The position numbers and the translations under genes are program-made. A stretch of 64,000 nucleotides of DNA from the human T2T-CHM13v2.0 reference genome, Homo sapiens, in the NCBI RefSeq assembly GCF_009914755.1, contig NC_060929.1; one strand, given 5' to 3'. The notes beneath the pieces were generated by a model, which was not told the origin of the DNA, did no database searches, and was given only the letters and a program-made list of their open reading frames with translations. Numbering within the stretch: position 1 is the stretch's first letter; every line of letters starts with the position of its first letter. This document shows, in pieces, positions 55,330 to 64,000 of this stretch.

Positions 55330-56710
55330 GTTTCCTTAATTTTATTTATTTCAGTCTAATTAGTACTACAAAGAATTTTTCCTAACTTTATTGGGAATAC
55401 TTCTAAAGTTTCACCATTAAAAGCAATGTGTACTCTTAAGTTTTTTTGTTCTTGGTTACAATAGTTTTAAATCATAAATGGGTAATTTTATTAAATGCTA
55501 GATAGCAAACTTTTACAAGGTCATAGTATTTTTTCATCTTAATCCATTCATGTTTCTTATATTAATGAATATACTAATTTAGAATAATATTTGCGTTACT
55601 TAGAAAACCCACTTGGTCATGATTTTTATTAACATTTCTGAATTTGATGTGACATTAATTTATTTAATTCTGCTTTGAATATCAGGTTTATACTAGTCTC
55701 AAAGGTAAATTGAATACCCTTTTTAATTTTTTTTTGTCTAAAACTTTAAAATTATTGACATGAAGTATTCTCATGTATTTTTTAACCATGGCTTTATCTG
55801 TAGCTACATTCTTTTTGATTTGTAATATTTATTTGCTCTTATCACTTTTTCCTTTAATGAAGCTTTCCAAAGATTTATTTTATGAGTTTTTCAAAAGTTA
55901 AGCACAAAAAAAAACTCTAATGTTACTTTATACTCCATTAATTTCCATTCTCTTATTTTCTAGCTATCACTTTCGTGATTTTACTGTTTTTCATCTAGCC
56001 TCTTGAATTTAATGTTGGCTCACTACTTTTCTCTTGTTCTCTAATATATTAATTTAAGGCTATATATTTCCTGTTAAACCATAATTTAGCTATATCGCAT
56101 GAGTTTTAATTTGAATTATTTCCAGTATTTTCAGTCTCTAGATATTCAATAATTTCTAACATTATTAATTTTTAACATTAATTTAAAAAATTTTTAAGAT
56201 GATATAAGCAACTTTACCCTTTCTGTTCTTACATATTAATATATGATCTGCATGATATTATCTCTAAACTTTGTTAATAACCTTATTTTTATGCTGGCAT
56301 TTCATCAAGTTTTTATAAATATTCAATTCTAGAAAAGAAGGCATATTCTTTATTTTTTAGGGTATAAAAATCCCACATACAACTATAAGATTGATCGAGG
56401 ATTATGTTATTATTCTGTGTGCTTATTTTTTACATTTTCCTCTACAACTTTCTGAAAAAGCTTTACTGGAATTCTTTATTTTTCCAATTGTCCTTGTAAT
56501 GCTATTAATTTTATTTGATGTTTTTCAATATCACATTTATGTTAATTGCATAAAAGTTCATGATTAATGTATCTTCTTAGTAGTTTGTTCCATTTATCAC
56601 TCTATTATGTCCGTCTTTAATCCTGATTAATGCTTTTTACTCAAAATTCTATTTTCTACTATTTATACTAACCCATTTTCTTTTGATTAAAAAATGCCTG
56701 CTTTATCTTT
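55330..56710 (-). mobile_element. Highly degenerate L1 (L1ME-like)
   Basis: T-rich; ttctaaagtttcaccattaa, cccacttggtcatgat, aggctatatatttcct motifs of antisense L1 ORF2. Confidence 0.6.
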
Positions 56711-58084
56711 GTGAGCTGCTGGTTTGAATTTCCAGCACTGAATGGGGGAGATCAGCGGGGAATAAGAATAAGAGGATGGGGCAGTTCTTTTTTAGCTGAG
56801 TGCCATTGCGTTCTTTGTATCTGGCAGATAGTTAAAGCTGACAAAGTGTGGAATCTGAGTCTCTAGATATCTTACCTGTAACTCTCATGCATCAGATAAT
56901 GCATTCCTTTCCCCAGACTTGTAAGTCCTCCCACAGCCTCTTCTTCTCTGGTAGTCTGGACCACACAGCTCATGCATTCTTTCTCCCTTAAGGCAGTTAT
57001 CTAGGGTAGGATTTTAAATGGCCATAGCTCTGCTCTCTGTCCACATGGTCCATATTCAGTACAGGGGGAATACTTATAAAGTCTACACTTGTACAAACCC
57101 TGAGATGGCAGTCCAGTCCCAGAACAACTGCACACTCCTGGCTATACCATCACCACTACTCAGGCCAAATTGCAACTTTGTGAAGTCCCAGGCAGCAGTC
57201 ATGTCTCATTCCATGGGCAAAGAGACACTCTTGGTGTCTTGTTGAAGCCAAATCTCTCAAGACTTAAAATAATGAAGGTAAGAATTCCCCATATTACCTC
57301 TTCCTCCCATACACACACACTTTGGGAGGAGGAATTGGGATTCTTAGCTCTACTCTTCCAAGAATCCTCCTCAAATATACCTATTGATGCACAACAGGCC
57401 CATTTTTATTTATTGTGAGTACTGATATATTTGTGCTTATTTGGGTTATTTTATTTTCATTTTTTTATTGGCTCTTTTTTTCCTCAGAATGTATTGCATT
57501 AATGGAGTTTTATTCACATCCTTTGTCTCCTCTTCAAAGTTATACATAGTATTTCCTTTGTTTTAATGGCTTTCCCTAAATACGTAAAAATATATAAATG
57601 TGCACAATTTTTTTATTTTTCACAAAGCCTAACATTGACCAATATTTCTATTTTTCCCTTAACAAGTAAACTGGGATACTTTAATTCCCCCCAAAACTTG
57701 TCATCTTTCATGTTACTGTTATTACGTGTTGTTTCTAAAAATAAAATTTATTTTTATTTTTTAGTTAGTTATGAAATTAAATGCTTATTTTGTTAAATTT
57801 AGCAAGTATTTATAGTATCTCATATAAGCCCTCTTCTTTGTTCTGGTGTCACACTGGCAAAGAAGAAAATTTCCTGCCTTCATCTAACTTTCATTTATCT
57901 TTTTTTAATTTTTCTTTGCTCACTTGTGTTTCTTGCTATGCTTTCCTTTGGGTTCTATTTCTTTCTTGTTGGAGGACATCCTTTAGTAGTTTCAGCAAGA
58001 GTCTTTAGAAGCAAAGCTTTAAAGTGTTTGTACATCTGAAAGTTACTTTCTTTTATCCTATTATTGAATTGGAAAATATATACA

Positions 58085-58418
58085 TAGTCATGCACTATGC
58101 AATGAGGTTTTAATTGATGAAAGACCACATATATGACAGGGATCCCATAAGATTATAATACTACATTTTTACTGTATTTTTTCTCTGTTTAGATATACAA
58201 ATACTTACCATTGTATTACAATTGCCTACCATATTCAGCATAGTAACATGCTGTATAGGTTTGTAGCCTAGGAGGAATAGGCTAAACCATATAGCCTAGG
58301 TATATAGCAGGTGATCCCATCTAGGTTTTTGTAAATATTCTCTGTGATGTTTACATAATGACAAAAATCACCTAGTGATGTATTTCTCAGAACAAAGTCT
58401 TATCAAGCAGCATGACTA
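58085..58418. mobile_element. Tigger3a-like (TcMar-Tigger) MITE
   Basis: agtcatgc...gcatgact termini; cccataagattataatac...gtttgtagcctaggag. Confidence 0.82.
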
Positions 58419-58420
58419 TA

Positions 58421-58849
58421 TAGTTGATCCTTGAACAACACTGGAGTTAGGGGTGTATACATCTCACATAGGCAAAAATCCAAGCATAACTTTTTAAAAT
58501 CCCCAAAACTTAACTACTAATAGCCTACTATTGAAGGGAGGCCTTACTAATAGCATAAGTAGTTGACTAAAACATATTTTTTATTTTATATGCATTATAT
58601 TACAATAAAGTAAGATAGAGAAAAGCAAATGTTTTTAAGACAATTATAAGGAAGAGAAAATATATTTATTATTCATTAAGTGAAAGTAGATCATCATAAA
58701 GGTCTTCATCCTCATCAACTTCATGTTGTTTAGGCTGATGAGGAAGAGGAGGAGTTAGTCTTGTTTTCTCAGGGGTAGTAGAGGCAGAATAAAATCTGTG
58801 TATAAGTGGACCCACATGGTTCAAACTTGTGTTGTTCAAGGGTCAATTG
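58421..58849. mobile_element. Tigger2a/MER28-like MITE
   Basis: TIRs agttgatccttgaacaacac ... gtgttgttcaagggtcaattg with TA flanks. Confidence 0.85.
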
Positions 58850-59878
58850 TATATGTAGGTATGTATGCACACACAAACACACACACACCACATATTAACT
58901 GAATTGTAAAAAACATTCAATATTTCAGTCAAAGGGTTCCTACATACTTTGCATAAGTAGTCAAAGATAAAATGGAGACTATCACTTAAAATAGAGTTTA
59001 TGAAGGAAAATTTAAAACATATTCTCTATAAGACTATCTCCAGTGTATGTCTAATAGAATTTGCAGGAGATGAGAAGACTAAGAATGGCAAACAGATAAT
59101 GGCAAAGTTATTTTCTAGGATTCAAGAAAATTATATAACTTGATATGTCTATGAATACGCATATCCAGACAGATTGCCACTGTGGAGAGAGGAGTACTTA
59201 GGTTTAGTCTAAATTCCTGAGTTGGTGGAAGAGCATTTCTGGTCTGTTAATTTGAGAGCCAAGGGTATTTCTGATTACTGTTAATGGGACAACCACTCCC
59301 TGCTTCTCAGCAGTGTTCAGAAGACCAGTTCCAAGTCTCCTGCCCTGCACAATGACTGTGGCCTAGATCTCTTTAAAGTTTTATTAATCATCCCACCTCC
59401 TAAGCCTTAAGTATGGTACAATTGCCAACTTACTACATATTTGACATTCCTCTTCATTTCTAGCACCTAGAAATTGTCATTTTTTTTTGTTTAAAAGTTC
59501 AGCTTTATTAAAAATAATTTTGCTGCATTTTTGGCTTTCTATTGTATGTGCTTGGAGTAGTTGGCATACTTTGCATCTTCAGCTTTCTATATTGATCTAA
59601 AGTCCCCCAATAACTTATTTCTCCATCGCAGTGGAAACCATTATTTATGTGTAATTGACCTTTGAAACTCCCTTGTACATGCCATTGTGCTTTCTTCTGT
59701 GCCTTTGTCCATTTCATTTCTCAGAATGTCTTCTCTGTGCTTTCCACTTTTCCACAAACTATCATTATTTAACGTGAATCCAGATTTCCTCTCCCTTCCA
59801 GCTTGAAGTAATCTCTCCTTCCATGAAATCCCCATGTCATTAATTCTCTAAAGATATTATTCTCCACTTATTTAATAT

Positions 59879-60466
59879 TGCAAAGAAGTTTAAATTTTTT
59901 CCATGGAAGGTTCAATAATTTGAGTCTATAAAACAAACTGATAACAGACCAGGTTAACAGGAAAAGAAGGCATACAAACTTATTAACATGAATATATGTG
60001 CATGGGGTAATACAAAATATGAAAACTCAAAGGGGCCAGATAGTTTACACTTTTATATCATCTTGAGATTACAGGAAACTTAGGGGCTTGGATCATGGTA
60101 AGACAGGTTATGTGAGGGAGAGAAAAGGCATGGCTAGTGAAGGCTGTCTTATGCAGATGAAGCCTCTAAGGTAGCAGCACTCAGAAAGAGTAGATGGTAG
60201 CCTGTTGTAACAGTTTCTCTGCCAGAACTTCAAAGGTCATACTCTCAGTCTCTCTCTCTCCTCTGAGATAATCTTTCTAGATCTAGACAAGGAAGGTCTC
60301 AGAGAAAGTCTGTCTCCTTATTTTGCTAATGTAGACTTTACAGATAAAAATCTGCTCCAGAAAAAAGCAGCTTTGCAGGGCTATTTCACTCAGCAGATCC
60401 TCTGAATAGCCATCTAGAAAGATGTCAGAATGTATCTTGGGTTGAGATATTTTTGGTTTCCTTTAG
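59879..60466 (-). mobile_element. ERV1 (MER4/MER34-group-like) LTR, probably the 3' LTR
   Basis: Minus strand begins taaaggaaaccaaaaatatctcaaccc...atagccctgcaaagctgc and is preceded by the purine-rich aaatgggagac. Confidence 0.65.
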
Positions 60467-61059
60467 TCTCCCATTTAAAGCTCATTTTTAGAAAGTGCAA
60501 CATATTAAAATAGGATCGGTATCTGTGAAGTGATTTGGGTTATAGGTTGTCAGATAAGAGATTGGCAGAGGGAAGAAAAAGAACATAGATTTAAACAAGG
60601 GGTCCATATTTTCTTGAATCAGTCTTCTAGTCTTGAGAATAGGTCAGTTAGACAGCTGTGTCACATTCCAGGAGGTGAAATTGCGATAGGTTTTCAAAGC
60701 AAGGCCTCTCTATATAATACAGGCAAACAGATGTTTAATAAGAAGCATTTCTATGGAAACAGAAGAAAAAATAAAGATTCATGTCTGGAGAAGTCTGTAA
60801 GTTAGTTTTTCTACAGACTCTGAAGCATATTCAGTTGGAATAGGCAGGCAGTGGCAAAGTAACTGATTTTTCTGAGTTGTAGTTTGAATCAGATGTTTCA
60901 GTGAACTTTCTGAGTATCCATACACCCTCCAGGCATGAAGGTTGTTCATATACAAGTTACTGTAGTGATTTCCCCCAAAGTTTATATCAGGTTTTCCAGC
61001 TTCAGTTTGTAGAAAATTTCAGCTTCAAGAAAAGCATAGTTTTAATTTCTAGTGATTTT

Positions 61060-61284
61060 AAGTCAGAAGGGTAGGAGAAAAACTGGAAACATTAGTCTGG
61101 AGAGTCATAGCCAGATATTGGAGGAAACTGAAAGTTTAGAATTTAGTCCTAATTACAGATAATAAAATTTCGAAGTCAGAAGGGTAGGAAAAAAACTGGA
61201 AACATTAGTCTGGAGAGTTATAGCCAGATATCAGAGGAAACTAAAAGTTTAGAATTTAGTTCTAATTACAGATAATAAAATTTC
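61060..61284 (+). repeat. 113-bp tandem duplication (2 copies)
   Basis: aagtcagaagggtagg...gataataaaatttc starting at 61060 and 61173; about 6 mismatches by eye. Confidence 0.92.
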
Positions 61285-62521
61285 AGAGGAAAAAACAAAA
61301 AATGAATGAACTAGAATCTAATAATGGGTGCTCTATGAATTTTCTTCTGAAACAATTTTTCTTTCTACATTTACCCTCATCTTTACCAAAAATATGTATT
61401 GTAAGACTAATTTACTTGCAAAATTAGTTTAATCTTTGGCCTGATTATTTACATAAGATAAACAAGAATGGTGATTGGCCATGTGGGCTTTTTTGAAGTT
61501 GGCTTTGCTGGAAGTTTTTATAAGACATTTTGCATTCGACTTTTAAAAAGCCTCTCAAGGCTTAGAAGCCAACCCAAGGATTTGATTCACCCTCAGATAG
61601 TGTCCATAATGCTTGTACAAATTGAGAAAATACATCTCTTTTTGAAGTCCCAAAAATATCTTAAGGTTCTTGGGACTATGAGAAAGTGACATTCTCTACT
61701 TACCACAAGTCAGGAACCTTATAAGGAAACCGTGGAGACAAGATACTGACCAGTCTTTTTCCAAGTCTACTTGCTTTATAAAGTCAATCTCTCAAAACTG
61801 TCTGGTCAAATCTGAAAAGATGATGTTCATGTCAAAGTCTTGATAACCAGTGCCTCTAACTGTGTCCTGTTACAAAACAGATTCTTATTGGACTTATACA
61901 AATATCTATATTGCTATAAAATAAGAATACTCATGACCGTTTCTGAATTCTTGAGGAACTAGATAAAAAGGTAAATGTTTCATTTTTCTCTCACAAAAGT
62001 ATGTTACTCAATTGCTGTCACCTATAGATAGAAAGAAAAAAGCTTTATTGACTAAGAAAACAAAACATTAAAAAATCAGCAATGTCTCGAACAACAAAAG
62101 TCATAAAACATAATTTTAGTCCTCCATCGGTTCAGTCCCATGTAATTAATTTTTGTTCAACTTGATGTTAAGCTAGCAGTCTTATGGGTCTAGTTGTTTT
62201 TTTTTTTCAGTTTTTGAAATTTTTATCCAGTGCAATTGTATAATCTCAAAGTTGTCAGAAACATGAGTACTTGGTGTAGCCTTTTCCATGAACCTCTTTA
62301 AGAAACAACACTTTAGAATTTGCAAAGAGATTTTAGAAAAAAGCATCCAAATAAAGCAATTTACTACTGACAATAAGACTTAAAATGGTCATGGTTAAAG
62401 ATGCAATTAACAAAATAATCTGGTCATTTCCTCTGATCTACAGCAATTTAGCATCTCAGATTTTTAGAAATCTCATACACTTTTGAAATATATATTAATA
62501 ATGTACCTATATAAATACAAC

Positions 62522-62812
62522 TTTTTTTTGAGACAAAGTCTTGCTCTGTTGCCCAGGCTGGAGTGCGGTGGTGCCAATCTCGGCTGACTGCAACCTCCAC
62601 CTTCCAGGTTCAAGTGATTCTCCTGCCTCAGCCTCTCGAGTAGCTGAGATTACAGGTGTGTGCCACCATGCCCAGCTAATTTTTGTATTTTTAGTAGAGA
62701 TGGGGTTTCTCCATGTTGGCCAGGCTGGTCTCGGACTCCTGACCTCAAATGATCTGCCCGCCTCAGCCTCCCAAAGTGCTTGGATTAAAGATGTGAGCCA
62801 CCACACCCAGCC
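62522..62812 (-). mobile_element. AluS
   Basis: Reverse Alu; degenerate TSD ataaatacaactttt/acaaatataactttt. Confidence 0.95.
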
Positions 62813-64000
62813 ACAAATATAACTTTTAAAGAAGGTTAAACATATTCTATTTCACAATGCTACCCATATAATTTTGCATATCAAATAAATTTAATATGTC
62901 TCTCACATACTTCCAAAGACCCTTCCAAAATGACTAAAAGTTTGAGGTAAAACAGAATTAATTTACAATTTAAGATTTTATTTTGGGAAGCCTGACAATA
63001 TTTCTAAGATTGAAAACACTTAATCAAAATAGGATCACAGCTTGCTGTAAAATTACAGTCATTCCTTTAGTGAAAGTCAAAATTAAAAGATTTCAAAAAA
63101 CAAAAATATTTACTCTTTGATAGAGAGGAGACTGAGTTTTCCAAATAATCAAAAGACCTAATAAAGACAGCATGCGGTACACATTATCTATTTCTCCCTC
63201 CTCTCTTTTTTTGGAATTTACTCAAAAGATGAACAAAATATTTTACTAACTCTTGTTAAGACTACATGAAAATGTGTTTAAAAGAGAAAACTGAATTTTA
63301 ATTTTGTATTAGTGTATTTTTAATACTAAAACTAATTTTGATAAAATCTTATAAACACATTCAAACTCAGTCAGCTTGGACCACATAAGATTTCCATAAA
63401 CTTCTTATAACGTTTTACATTTCTTTCTGTTTTCTCTCTTTTTTTTTTTGACTTTTCATACCTTCACTCTCGTTTAGTCTTATCTATATTTTTTATTCTT
63501 TGAATTTGAAACAACTCTAAATTCTCCAGACAAAATTACTTTTTCTTTAACAAAATCACATCTTCATGTATTCTATATAAAATTTGTTTTAAAGAAAAAC
63601 ACATTCTACTTTTCTTACACACTTTGTATACAGAATTATTACTCTTATATCTACTAGTTTTATTTGCATATATTAAGTACAGTTTTACCTTTAAGTAACC
63701 TTAACTTCTTGTGAAAACCTATGGGGTAAATAATTTTGAACTGGTATGTATCAAAACATTTTATGAACACATATTTTATAATTTCTAGAAACATGGGTTT
63801 TTTATAGAACAATTTTTTAAAGTGAAACAGGACATATTCACTAACAAACACAACTATCTTTTGTTTCTCTGAAATAAGAAGCCAAAAGCATATAAGCTTA
63901 CAGTTGTGTTTAGTAATTAATATTTAAGCATTATACCTTATTTGAAGATGATTTAGATATTTAATTAATATCTGTCATTTAATTTAACTTAAAACTTTCA

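Larger units (their letters stand above)
60467..64000 (-). mobile_element. ERV1 internal non-coding sequence (MER4-group-int-like), runs past window end
   Basis: Contiguous with the LTR; aaaacagattcttattg, ttactctttgatagagaggagact and ttccaaataatcaaaagacctaataaagac are typical of this group; no ORFs. Confidence 0.6.

Noticed and set aside
61060-61284. CRISPR-like or satellite array
   Set aside because: Only two adjacent copies with no spacers; eukaryotic context and no cas genes.

Overview
Human-type (primate) genomic DNA containing the 5' end of FGF10 on the minus strand. First coding exon is 2244..1920 ([13 protein letters not shown]..., 325 nt, GTAAGT donor); 1..1919 is intron 1; a CpG/GC-rich 5' leader and promoter span about 1630-3960. 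The remaining ~60 kb is AT-rich, gene-poor upstream sequence, partly covered by the antisense lncRNA FGF10-AS1 (identified from recollection of the locus, not derived from the sequence). It is densely filled with old repeats: Alu, L1MC, L2, MIR, THE1/MST/MLT1/MLT2 LTRs, Tigger/MER5/MER53 MITEs and an ERV1 remnant at the right end. All other ORFs in the track look non-coding or repeat-derived. I see no convincing new multi-gene system. The best leads are translational: stacked uORFs in the FGF10 leader, and an out-of-frame hydrophobic 89-aa ORF starting 8 nt after the FGF10 AUG in a stronger Kozak context. Candidate regulatory motif clusters come next. Repeat subfamily calls are by eye and many boundaries are approximate.
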